This document shows, piece after piece, positions 1 to 12,230 of a stretch of 64,000 bases of DNA (its first letter is position 1; each line of letters starts with the position of its first letter). The notes beneath the pieces were generated by a model. That model did not search any database and was not told the origin of the DNA. It worked only from the letters and a program-made list of their open reading frames with translations. A program made the position numbers and the translations under genes. The stretch comes from Harriotta raleighana (lineage: Eukaryota), in the NCBI GenBank assembly GCA_050575255.1, contig JBNZDD010013494.1, forward strand, positions 584,557 to 648,556, written 5' to 3'.

Positions 1-2269
1 AGGGCGCTATATAAATTGAAGTTGTTGTTGAATAGTTTGTCTTCTGACACTTTGGTGCCTAACTATAATAATTAGCATAAAATAGTAATGGAATGGTCCC
101 TTATGTGATTGCTCATGCTCTATGATCTCTGTTGTGGGTCAACATCAACTCACAATTCATCTATTTTGGGGAATATAAAGTAGTTGCTTTCTGTTTGATT
201 CTATTCTCTTCCCTCTCCACACTGCACAACCACAGTCCATTTGAAGCCTGCTTCCTGTTTGATCTATGACTCAAATTCACCCACCTGCTGCCTTTCAGTG
301 TCAATCTCCAGCACCCCCTTCACACACTATTTGGCTGTTCCCTATATTTCCCTTTGTGGCATATGCATCTGCTTCCCATCAGCCTTGCAGAAAGGTGTGC
401 AGCAAGACACCCTATGGGTGTGGGGTTATTTTATGTTTTCAACATGAAAGTAAAGGCAATTGTACTGACTCATTTTCCATTACAAGAAAAAGTAATGAAG
501 AGTAGCTATTTTTAACAATCAGCATTAAAATTAATGTTTCAACAGATTACTTAACCATGGTCGCTATCACAGGTGCTCTCCTAAGGCCAAATAAATACTT
601 ACGTTTTAGTGGTATTTATTAGTTTACTTTTTCCTTCAGTGTTTCAATTATGATTCTGTATGAAACTGTGGAGATGGAATTTCTCACTGAAATCACTTGC
701 CCCATATGATACTTAAAATCAAAGACTTATGTTTCTGCTACTTCATAAATCCACAGTGGTTGCATAAGATTTTGTGCACATGTATATATTTTATACGCAC
801 CATATTATGCAGCGTTCAAAGTGAAATGGAAATATTGATTTTTCTGCATCACATACTTTTTTGTAAAATATTTTCAATCTTACCGTTCCTTCTGGAATGT
901 TTTAAGCCTTATGTAATATCCCCTTGGCCAGCTNACGTTGGTAGTGCTGTGTTGAAGTTTTAGTGTTTAAAGAATAACTTACTTTCGGTTGATCTATTGA
1001 TATGATTATTGGATTTCTCCCCCCCCCCCCCCACCCACCCATCGCTATTCATCCACTGTATGGTCTTCAGCAGATGACAAAGTTCAAATAAAAGCTAAGA
1101 GGAATATATTGACATTATTTCTACTTAAAAGTAACTCATGAATATATATATAGTGTAAATAACTAACTGAGGATAGGGTGACAAAATCACTCAACAAAGC
1201 TAAACTTTTTTTTAAGTTTCTGACAAAATTTAAACTATATACTGTATGTTGATTATTTTACATGTTAATAGTTGCATAGTTCACCGTTACCTGTAAATTA
1301 TCTGGGCTGAGATAATTGAGATAGAATGCTGGCAGTGATTTGCAAAATTATTTGGAAAATCTATGTTTACACTCATTACTATATAAACTTTTAGATTTTA
1401 TGTTGATATTTCAATCCTCTTGCACTGAAAGACTGTCTAAACTTTCACTTTGCTTATCACAATGGCACACTGCACCAATTCATAGTTGGGGGATGGAGAG
1501 TGTTTGCTTAGTTCCTCCCATTCAGTGAAATCCTGTCATTGGGGAGACTCACACCGAGGTAAGGGTGCTCACTGGAGGGGAGAGGTGAGGGTCGATTGTG
1601 GAGAACAGGAATGAAAATCAATGGAGGGCAATTTTGTTTCTTAATAATAATAATCCTTGTATTTTGCTATAGCACGTTTTGCATCTTATCGACGTCTCAA
1701 ACCACTTCACAGAATATACTGTAAAGTGAATTGACTGTATATTTGTGGGCAAAACGCGGCAGCCAAAACTGCTTCAAGAGAAAACGACATCGAAATCAGT
1801 TTACAAGTGAGGGGATTGGATGCAATCTGGTTAAACAACGACAACACAACAACAAAATTACATTTATTATAGAGTGCCTTTCACTTTAGGTCGACGTACC
1901 AAGGCCCTGAACAGTTAGGTCAGGAAAACCTACAGAGTGGAAAGAAAATGAGTGGGGAGAATTTGTAAATAAATACGTACAATATTATATTACAATGATA
2001 GTTGAAATTTCTTAATGTACAAAGATAATGATGAATTTTAGGGTGCAACTATAAACATAGTTGAATATTATTTTTTAAAACAGTGTATTCTCTGAATAAG
2101 CTTTTTTTAAAAAAAATCTTAGTTTTTAATTTATTCCTACAGCATTTACAAGGTTAATTGTATTTTCTCATCTGATTTCCATGTACAGGATGTCTACAAA
2201 GTTGTCATAGCTACACTATTATCTAAAAAATATATAGCATTTCTTTAAGAAATATTGGGCATTGGTAAT

Positions 2270-2965
2270 GGTATCACGATCTGGACGTCTTGTTTGACCC
2301 TCAACTATCCTTTCTCCGCCATGACCCTCACTGCCTTCTTCCACCTCCTCAACATTGCCAACCTCTGCCTCACCCATCTGGCTGCCAAAATATGCATACG
2401 TGCATTCGGCAACTCAAGGCTCGATTACAGAAATTCCCCCTTGTCAGCCTCCCCAACTCTTTCCTCCACAAGCTGCAGATCATCCAGATCTTTGCAGCTC
2501 GTGACCTCTCCCAAACTGGGCTCCCTGATCCCATCACCCCCACCCCCACCCAGCTCCACTGGCTCCCCATCCTTCAGAAGGTAGAATTCAAATTCCTCGT
2601 CCTCACTTTCAAGGCCCTCCATGAACTTGCCCCTCCTACCTCTCTGACCAGCTGACCCCCCTGTTTGCTCCCTCCGTTCAGAAGTCTGCGGCCCACTCCA
2701 TGTCTCCCGCCTGACCATCTGTGGCCAGGGTTTCAGCCTCTCTGCCCCCACCCTTGGAACTCCATCCTACAATCCCTTCTCCTTGCTCCCGCCCTTGTCT
2801 CCTTCAAGACACAGATCAAGACCGTCCTTTTTGATCGTGCCATCAGCCGCTCTCTTACCTACCTCTCTGCCCACCCTCATTCCAACCCTGCCCCCTACTT
2901 TTGAGTCCTGATCACTGACTATTCAGCGGCGTAAAAGTGCTTTACAAATGTAATGCTGTCATTGT
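2270..2965 (+). mobile_element. L2-type LINE 3' fragment (degenerate ORF2 C-terminus and tail)
   Basis: Frameshifted peptides FDPQLSF, SRLDYRNS, LHWLPI, FKFLVLTFKALH; decayed tail near 2925-2965. Confidence 0.85.
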
Positions 2966-3303
2966 GGTTTGTGGTCACCCTACATATCCATGTCTACAAA
3001 AGAGAAGTTCAGTTACCATCTAGAGGTTTTGTAGATGTGAATATAATATGGTTGCATTTCCTTTTATAATAACATCTTGTTCACTGAAACATTTAGCAAC
3101 ATTAAATTAAACATTAAACATTAAAGGCGCTATATAAATATAATATAATAAATAAATGAATGAAATTAATCCGCCATTTAAAGCTAGGGTACTCAAAGCA
3201 TATTACACAGGAACATAAGAATTGCTAGAAGACCCCAGGTTCATCCGGTTCGCCTTCCACCATCCTGGCATTTGCATGCACATGCTATTTCCCAAAGTAT
3301 ATA

Positions 3304-3645
3304 CAGTAAAACCCTGTTTATCTGTGATCCGATCAACCGGATTGCTCGACCCCCTCTCGGGGCAATTCCCCATTCCAGCAATCACGAGTTTGCTCACTTT
3401 ACGCATGCAAACTCACGCACTTGGGTTTTTTACCGATCTTTTTACCGAGTGTGCTGGAATGCTTTATTGTTAAGTATCCCTACAATATTCTGTTACTATT
3501 TAATCTATTATTAACATGGTATGTTTTAAAATAAGTTAAATTTTTATGTTGGGTTTTCGGCAACTTGCCGTCTGTTTATCCGGCACAGTCAATTAGTCGC
3601 CCCCCCCCCCCACCCCGAGGGTGCCTGATAAACTGGGTTTTACTG
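3304..3645. mobile_element. Tc1/mariner (pogo/Tigger-like) MITE
   Basis: TIRs CAGTAAAACCCTGTTTATC and GATAAACTGGGTTTTACTG (18/19 match), flanked by TA on both sides. Confidence 0.85.
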
Positions 3646-6600
3646 TACTGTATCCCAACATATTATATCCTAAAATAAATCTATTTAATTTGCTTCTGAA
3701 AGAATCAACACATTCTGCTTTCACCATCTCTCTGGGGAGCCTGATATCATGTGAAGACATTGTTAACTGTGCTGAATATTTCATTGACATTAAATATAGC
3801 AAATTCAATATAAGTTTTTGCCTTTTTTATGCTCCTCGATGGTTCTCAGCCGCCAATGGAAAAACAATGAACTGCAATAATCTTTACACGTGAATATGTC
3901 AATAAACATGATTTCCTAGAAAAATATATTTGTTGCATTGGTTTGTGATTTTCTAAATTCACATATTAAAATCTTAAGTGAATACAATGCTTTACGGAGG
4001 CATGTGAAACATGTCAATATAAGAAATAAAATTCTTGAAACATTAGGTTTTCAATTTCTGTAATCGAGCCTTGAGGTGCCAAATGCACGTATGCAGATTT
4101 TGGCAGCCTGACGGGTGAGGCGGAGGTGGGCAGTGTTGAGGAAGTGGAAGAAGACAGAGCGGGTCATGGCATGGATATGGGGGAGATGGGTGTCAGTTAT
4201 TCTGCATCACTGGATGTAGTCAATGTAATTTTGTTTTATATATATATAAACACATACATACAGCATATATATACAGTATTCATGAATAAGTCAAACAACA
4301 CAGTGTATGCCATGCCACTTTATCTTTGACAAACTTTGAGCCAGAATATTTTCTGAAAATGAAACTACACTAAAAATTTAGCCTTCTAGTTTATACTATT
4401 CCCGTATTTATAGAGAGATTTATTTTGAAAGTATTTCTTATTTTACTTTGTACTTGTGTTGTACTGATTTCTTCAGTATTTTTCTGTCAAAATATTTTCC
4501 GTAACACATTCTCATCTTCATTATTCACACTTTTTTTTTTTAAAAAGCTGCGTTCCTTTAACGAAAGAAGGAGTAATCTGCAAACAGATGTGCTGCTAAA
4601 TCTACAGGCTTCTGCCAACCATATGGCAACTTAAAGAAAGATGGTTAGAGCGTCTGGATTAGCAAAGAGTCAGAATGGAGGGCCATGTGTCGTTTTGGTA
4701 CAGGCAGTTGTTTTAGCTCTCTGCAAAAGGCTTCAGGAGATTGTGTAATGGAACAAATGGCACTCATAGCTATAACAGCCTTACCGCTGCTGGAGAGTCA
4801 ACGAGCCCGAGGCGGGTGCTTGCTTCATCTGGTTCTGTAATTTGTGTTTTTTTACCTAAGAGAAAACTACAGGGAAACTTTTGCAATGTGCAAGAAATTA
4901 GTACAGTATTAGTACTTTGATGTAATTTTCCATTAACATCCAGCAAAAGGTCAACAGTTAGAGTGAATTTTGTAAAGCGTAATCTTCCTGTATTGTAGCA
5001 AAAGATTAATTAACATTTAACTGAAGTTACCCTTCATGTCTTGTGAGAACTAAGCATTTATTACCCAGGTTGTGCAAAATACATTGTTTTTCTCCTCGAT
5101 TTTCCTTTTTTCTTGGTAATTTTGTCATTTTCACCAAATTTTGCTTGAGCTGCGATTAAATGGAGCGGAAATATTTAAAGGAATTACATTTTTCCAGCTA
5201 AATGGCTTCACAAAGCGAACTCCACCCTCCACCCCCTCGCTTTGTACCACTTCCCAAAACTCATAGTACTGTACCGTACGCATTTTATTATATATTGGAT
5301 ATGTTTCCTTGCATCATTCTCCAGTATATATGAAGTATTTCAGTTTTTATGGTATCATACCATTAAAAGATCTTTCTTGTTAGTGATTCCCAATTTGTTG
5401 ATTGAAATTGTTGCTGTAACTTGTAAATAAAATGACCTTCAAACCATGCAATGATATGCTGTATATTTTGTTGTCCCCCCGACCCGAAAGGCGGTATACA
5501 AATGTAATTTTGTTGTTGCTGTTGTTATTCATTTCTTGGCAGTGTCCTGTTTTCTGCTATGGATATTTGTCCTGCTGTCAGTTTTGTATGATTTCCCTTA
5601 ATTAACCATTGTACAATTGATAGGATTTTTCAATAAGGTATTTGCACGTATATATTTGCAAGCTGTCAAAAATGACTTTTGAGAACAAAAATCTTAATGT
5701 TGAATGATGTTCAGTTCAAGCTTACACAAGTACTGTATACAAACAAAGAATAGTTCAACACATTTTTAGATTTTAGTTCAATTAATAACACTCATAAGCA
5801 TTTGTTCAGTTTGGGTCAGAAGGGTGCTGAACTCCTTTTAAGAGCTGCAGATATAATGTCATGCAGATGGAAGGGTTGTCTGTATTTGCAGGAATGTGTA
5901 TTTTGGTAAAGATGTATTATTCTAAATATTGCAGATGTGATTTTGTATAATGCTTTTCAAATTCAAAATCTTTTGTTCGTTTTTTTGTTAGTAATTTTCC
6001 TATGAATGTTTGGTGTTGCACATCACGTGGATGCAATTGTAACTTTAGCTCCCATGGAAACTCCAGTGTCTCTCCCACTTTTACTGCAGAGGAGATGAAA
6101 TAGTGTTATTTTGTAGTTACAGAGACCAAGAGATGTATAATTAGGCAAGTTAATAATAATAATAATCCTTGTATTTGATATAGAGACTTAACACATTTTT
6201 TAGACACAAAACACTTCATAAAATATACTATAAAGCGAATTGACTGTATATTGTATGGGTAATACATGCATGAAGTTGTGCATACATTATTTAAGTATGT
6301 GTCAAGAAAACAAATACTATTTTGATTGCATGTTTTCTTCAATACTCAGTAGCACAGCTTAGCCATAGACTTCGAAATACAAGATACAGTACTGTATAAA
6401 ATAAATACTGTACTAAATAAATACTGAACCAATCGATTATTTCTTCTTTCAACTGTTAATCTTTTGCTAAAATGCGTTTTTTTAATATTAAAGACAACTA
6501 ATTCAGATATTTTCTTCATAAAACTAAAAGACATAAGTGATTTTTTTTCTACTAGGAATCTATGATTTACACTAGTTCCCAGGCTGATAAATGTGGTAAT

Positions 6601-7102
6601 GTATGTAGTGCTTGAAAACAGCAAGTATATGAGCTTAGATCCTGTTTACACGGAGCTAAGGTCTTATGAGCTCAAAGCGCCAAAAGGCTTGAGGGGGAAG
6701 GAGTTCTCTTCTATCTTGTTACATTTCTGAAGCATGGGAGTGTGAGTTTGCGATGGATGTTTTGTATGTTTTTGCAAGCCAAATTTGCCCACTATCGGAA
6801 AATCTTCGGTCCTTAAATTGGCTTTTCGGGAAATATAACAACAACAACAACAAGTTTGTCCTGGCAATTTAATCCTCAATTAAACAACCTCTGACTGAGC
6901 TAATGATAGTCCTTTTGTTTGATGCCGTGCCTTATCACGTCATTGAGGAGTGTCAAAGAGCTTCACAGAATGTATTGTAAAGTGGATTGGTTTTGTTTTG
7001 TGGGAGAAAATAAGTTATTCTCCCCCAATTCTGATTGTGCACCAATAAGTCTGGTTGCTGTCCTGCTCCTCATGGCACATTTAACTCTTTCCTCACATAC
7101 AG

Positions 7103-7410
7103 GCTGTCATGTAGCTCAGTGGGATAGAGCAACTCGCCTTACAAGCGTGAGACCTGTGTTCAGATCCAGGCAGGTCAGGGCAAGATTCCTTACTTCACCT
7201 ACACGCCTAATAGTAATCCCTCAAATGAAACAATAATAAAATTGGTCATTTCAATCCACGACCGTTTGTGGGACACTGCTGTGCGCAATTGCTGCCGCGT
7301 TTGGCCCACAAATTTACAGTGAATTCACTTTACAGTATATTGTGTGAAGCGCTTTGAGATGTCTAGAAGACATGAAGAGCACTATAATCAAATGCAAGGA
7401 TTATTATTAT
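7103..7410 (+). mobile_element. Full-length tRNA-derived SINE
   Basis: A-box-like TAGCTCAGTGG, degenerate B box, conserved body GGGACACTGCTGTGCGCAATT and (ATT)n tail; many homologous copies in the window. Confidence 0.85.
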
Positions 7411-8664
7411 AGTTCCTGATCTGTTAGGATCACAGAAGCGTCATGTGGAAAAAGAATGATGTAGGACGTACGGTTGAGATGCCGTCCAGCGTGGAGGACG
7501 CTATATAAATCAAAGTTGTTGTCTTCTCAGTTAAGTGGTTGGGGTGGTGCCTGGAGTTTTTCAGATGGCTCAGTGAGTTCATCCATTCGTGTGCAGGAGG
7601 TAGCCGTTGATTATCTAGAATTGATAACCTTGTTTAGAAGTTCAGGGAAAATAACATTTTTGAGGGATCTCGCTCCTGATTGCGATTGAAAGACTCTCAG
7701 TTGAAGTTGGGTTTTTTGTTAGTCGATAGGGATTGCTTTCTGGGGGTAAAAATCCTTTTAAAAATAAATAAAGGATGATAATTTAATCTCTCAATCCACT
7801 ATTGTTTGAGGGACACCATGGTGCGCAATTGGCTGCTGTGTTTCTCCCACAAAATACACAGTCACTACACTTTACAGTATATTCTATGAATAGAAAATGC
7901 AAGGATTATTATTACCGATTGTATGGGGATTTGGGGTGAGGATAGAGGACATTAATATCTTTCATATATCGACTTAGCTGTTGGCATTCCCAGTCAAGAT
8001 TTGCACTTGAATAATGGCAATTTGGGTAAGATATCAAAACAGTGGGACTATTGTATATGGAACATTCATTCCAGTAGAAGGAAAATAGAAATGAATGCCT
8101 TCAGCACAAGGAAGAGAAGAAATCAGGAGAGAAAAGCAAGACAAAGAGAGCCGAGTGACAGTGAGAGATATTCCAGATGTGGGAAGGAACTTCAATACTA
8201 CACAATATTGTAAAATTGAATTTGGTCCGCTCAAGACGAGGAAAGATGAAGGCATTCTGTGGTATTTTTATGACCAGTGTGCTGTGCTGTGCCATAGTAC
8301 AACAGCACACAGGTTTATTGCAGTTGTGACTTCCCCACACAATGAATTCTTGGTTTCCATCGACCCATCTCAGCAAGACCAACCATTTCCCCACAGGGAG
8401 AGGAAATATGTCAGAAGGCCAGTCCGCCGAGCCTACTCTCATGTATCATCAAACAACTGGAATTGAGTAATGAGGCAGATGTCTGAGAGCTTCCCATCCC
8501 CAACGAGCAGAGAAATGTCGGGATTTGAACCCAAAGGAAAGGGATGGAATAAATGTGCAAATATGAAGAGAAATTATCTTTTTTAAAGTATTCCAAAAGA
8601 AGTTCCATGTTATCAAAGATTCACTACTCTTTGCAGCTATGCTTGCAGCTATAGAATGTAGATT

Positions 8665-8885
8665 TCAATCCCATAGTCCCTCCGCCTCGCCCCCTCCCTA
8701 GCCTCATTCAAGTCCCGCCTCAAGACCCTCGTCTTTGACGGTCCCATCGATCACTCTTAATCTCCTCCTTTCCCTCCACCCTCCCTGATTCCGACCCCAG
8801 CTCGGGTCTGAAACATTGTCCAGCGCCTTGGGACGTCCACTCGACGTGAAAGGCTCTGTACAAATGTACTTTTGTTGTTGTTGAT
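8665..8885 (+). mobile_element. L2-type LINE 3' end
   Basis: CTCAAGACCCTC...GGGACGTCC...GTGAAAGGC...AAATGT...(TTG)n tail shared with other copies. Confidence 0.8.
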
Positions 8886-8899
8886 TTGAGTGTTCCCAC

Positions 8900-9272
8900 C
8901 CGCAAACCATTTAACATGCCATAGACACTGTGTGAGCACCTTAAGCAAAACAACTATAGATATTGACTTGATCTGAACCCTTTTTGTACGCTCGTTTTTA
9001 AGAGCTGGCGTTTTCAGTGATACCACAATTTTACGTGATATAAATCCTGTATACACCTTAAGCAAAACTCGCATGTATGTGCGATGAGCTTGTTTGAGTC
9101 GTAGCTCGTCAATGATAGAAGATACCCACAAAAAATATGCCCATGGCACTCTGCCATGCAAGACCTTTAAATCATGGTAATACATCATGTAAATCATGTC
9201 TCTATGTCAATCAGTTATTGAGTTTTTGGCAGACAGACAGAAACACAGACATTATGTCTTTATTAGTATAGA
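8900..9272 (-). mobile_element. Putative non-autonomous Helitron-like element, 5' part
   Basis: Minus strand starts A|TCTATACTAATAAAG followed by a (CTGT)n-like tract; 3' CTRR terminus not found. Confidence 0.4.
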
Positions 9273-9467
9273 TGATAGATACAGTAGTACCACAATATGA
9301 AGTGTTATCTATTTCTCGACTTGTAATGGTTGATCTTGTTAACCATTGAGTTTTTTGATTATTAGACTTTCACTGTAATTTCCTCTATGTATCCACCTCC
9401 TCTCCCGAAGGTTTTGTCACATGTTTAATTCCACTTGTACTTCCTGGAACTTCACCCAAATGACCAT

Positions 9468-9725
9468 TACAACAACAACAAAATTTCATTTATGGAGCGC
9501 CTTTCACATCGGGAGGACATCCCAAGGCCCTGAACAGTCAGGGGTCGGGACCCGAGCATGCGGGAGGGGCAGAGTAGGTGGGAGGGGAGGGAGAGAGCTA
9601 GGAGGGCGGCAGACGGCACGATCGAAAAGGAGGGTCTCGAGACCAGCTTTGAAGGAGGCAAGGGAGGAAGCGAATCAAAGGGACTGTGGGATGGAGTTCC
9701 AGAGTGTGGTGGCAGAATGTGGGGG
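9468..9725 (-). mobile_element. L2-type LINE 3' end
   Basis: (CAA)n tail then AAATTTCATTTATGGAGCGCCTTTCAC...GGGATGGAGTTCCAGAGTGT. Confidence 0.85.
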
Positions 9726-9879
9726 GCATTATTCACACAGGGGCTAGAAGTGAGTTGAGTGTCTGCAAGGTTATGCAGTCAATTCATTTTACGGTATATT
9801 CTATGTGAGACGTCCAGAAGACATGCTAATGCTCTAAATCAAATGCAAGTACAGTATTATTATTTCAATGTTAAACTAT

Positions 9880-10095
9880 GGGGAGCAGTAGAACCAATCC
9901 TGCTCCGTGTCACTGGATAGGGAGCAGGAGCAACAACAAGACTGATTCCCTGTCCCTGACTCAGGCCAATTATCGCACTCTTCCTCTGGCACCGGCCGAG
10001 ATCAACTAGCTCTGCAAAAACCAGTGATCGAATTTGATATCTCTCTGGCCTATTTGGCTCCATTTCACATTAGTCAATCCTCCACCAACTGAGCC
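9880..10095 (-). mobile_element. Old tRNA-headed SINE relic, different family from the main SINE
   Basis: Minus strand begins GGCTCAGTTGG (A box) with ATTCGATC (degenerate B box) downstream; body unlike the main SINE. Confidence 0.45.
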
Positions 10096-10955
10096 TGAAT
10101 TGAGGTTTTTTCTGAAAGGATTTTTAGCAATATAGTAAATATTTAGTGTTCAAAAATCTGAAATATAATTTTAATGCTGCCCCCCCCCCAGGATCCGCTC
10201 AGAGAATTTAAAACTAATTTATAATGTCTGAACTTGGCAAACCTGATTATGGATGGCATTGAAAACCCAGATAAAAATAAAGGGCTCCGTCTGTTGCAAC
10301 GGTGACTTTTATAACAGTATGAATCACAGTAAACACGGCATTTTCAGCAGATTCCTCTTAGAATTCAGTGTTTAGAAATGTATGTCCTCTAATATTGTAA
10401 CATCAACTGAGCAGATTGTTTTGGAAGCATATTTCTTAAACCAGCGAATTAGGTTATAGATACTATCCATGGGACTTCCACATCTGCTATAAAAGCCGCT
10501 TTGGTAATGATAGGGATTGTATAAATATTGTATATTGAGGTTAGACCACAAAACTTACTTCTCTGAACTATTGCTTCTGAAGTCAAAGTTAAGATAAGTT
10601 TTTTTTAAACAACTGAAAAATTTAACGATGGGCCAAGTGATCTGCAGTGTGCTTGCATTTTTAGGATCTAAATATAGAAATAAATGAACCATTTACATTT
10701 TTTTTAAATAGTTGTGTGTAACAACGGCTGTTTGTGTAAAGGAAAGATTTGGATCCAAAATCCTGACTGTCCAGCGCCTTGGGATGTCCTCCCGACGTGA
10801 AAGGCGCTATGCTATACAAATGTAAGTTTGTTGTTTGTTTTTGGTCGTTATTAAAAAGCACTACATCTACAGTTCTGGCTATCACCTCTGAGGTTCTCAA
10901 AATGTCAGCACGGAAAGCATTAGTAGATGTCAAGGAGCACACCACTGGTCTGGGG

Positions 10956-11160
10956 CAGTAGCTTCCAAAGTTTAAATAGCGGAGTGCCACCCCCTCCCCC
11001 CCCCCCCCCCCCCAACTCAGCAAAGTTTTCGTTGCGCCCCCCCACACTCAGCTCCACACGGGTTCTCGGCTTCACAAGCACTCGGGGTCTCCGTGCCCAA
11101 CCCCCAGCCAACGGTATACGCCCCACCGGGGAGGCGCACCCCACAGTTTGGAAACCGCTG
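10956..11160. mobile_element. hAT (Charlie/MER5-like) MITE
   Basis: Imperfect TIRs CAGTAGCTTCCAAA and TTTGGAAACCGCTG; degenerate 8-bp flanks GTCTGGGG/CTTTAGGG. Confidence 0.65.
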
Positions 11161-11459
11161 CTTTAGGGGAATAGTGCACAGCACTGGGGAATGCAAAGCA
11201 GGAGAAGCCATGCAATTCCTGAAAGGGCTGTATCTAATCACTGTTTGTTTAAAAAGGAAACTTTGTCAGACTCATGATGCACACAGGATCAGGCCTTTCA
11301 CTCTCCACAGAAACAAAAGGAAAACACATGAAAGATTTCAAATTAGTGCTGACTGAGTGCGTCCCCAACACATCAGCATCAGTTGTATGAATCATTATTA
11401 ATCTCATCTAGAAGATTATGAAGTCTGTTCATACGTACATTTTGTGTACAACATTGAAA

Positions 11460-11737
11460 TAATAATAATACATGCATTTGATTTAGAACGTTATCACGTC
11501 TTCTGGAAGTCTCAAAGCGCTTCACAGAAAATACTGTAAAGGGTATGTTTCTGGGCGAAACAAGGCAGCTGATTGCGCATGGCAGCGTCCCAACAAACAG
11601 TCGAGGATTGAAATGACCAATTTTTTTGCAGGAATGTGGAGTAAGAAAACTTGCCCAAGGCTTTGCCCTGCTGGGAATCGAACCCAGTTTCACTCACTTG
11701 TAAGACGAGTGCTCTAACCACTGAGCTACAGGACTCC
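11460..11737 (-). mobile_element. Full-length tRNA-derived SINE
   Basis: Reverse complement of the SINE, from the (AAT)n tail to the GAGTGCTCTAACCACTGAGCTACAGGACTC head. Confidence 0.85.
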
Positions 11738-11877
11738 ACACTGCAAAGAAATCTCACTTAACAGTATTCATAACAAAGAAAATAATGTAATTGAACAAAA
11801 TATAAACTGGATAAAATATAAATTAGTGAACAATGGAACATGGATCTCGCCCCGTGATAATGACCCCAAACCTCCCA

Positions 11878-12230
11878 ACAACAACAACTTTGATTTATAT
11901 AGTGCCCTCCATGCCAGATGGCGTCTCAGAGCGCTTCACAATAACGGATCCCAGGGCCGAGCCAGGAAGAGGGGGAAAAAGGTGACAGAAGGAAAGGTCT
12001 TCAGCTGAGACCTGAAACTAAGAAGAGAGGGGACGAGGCGAAGGCAGTGAGGAAGGGAGTTCCAGAGTTTCAGAGTGTAGGGGCTGAAGGTACGGCCTCC
12101 ACTGGTGGAATGGAGTATTCAGGGGACAGGGAGGAGACTAGACCCGGTGGAGCGAAGGCAATGGGTGCTGTTTTGGGGAGAGAGGATGTCAGAGAGGTAG
12201 GAGTTGCAAAGGAATGAAGAGATTTGAAGA
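11878..12230 (-). mobile_element. L2-type LINE 3' end, second subfamily (tail ...TATAAATCAAAGTTGTTG); repeated at about 13976-14307
   Basis: Homologous to 45955-46265 and 36225-36340. Confidence 0.8.

Noticed and set aside
8001-8466. Overlapping 70-123-aa ORFs
   Set aside because: No recognisable protein similarity or splice context; treated as chance ORFs.
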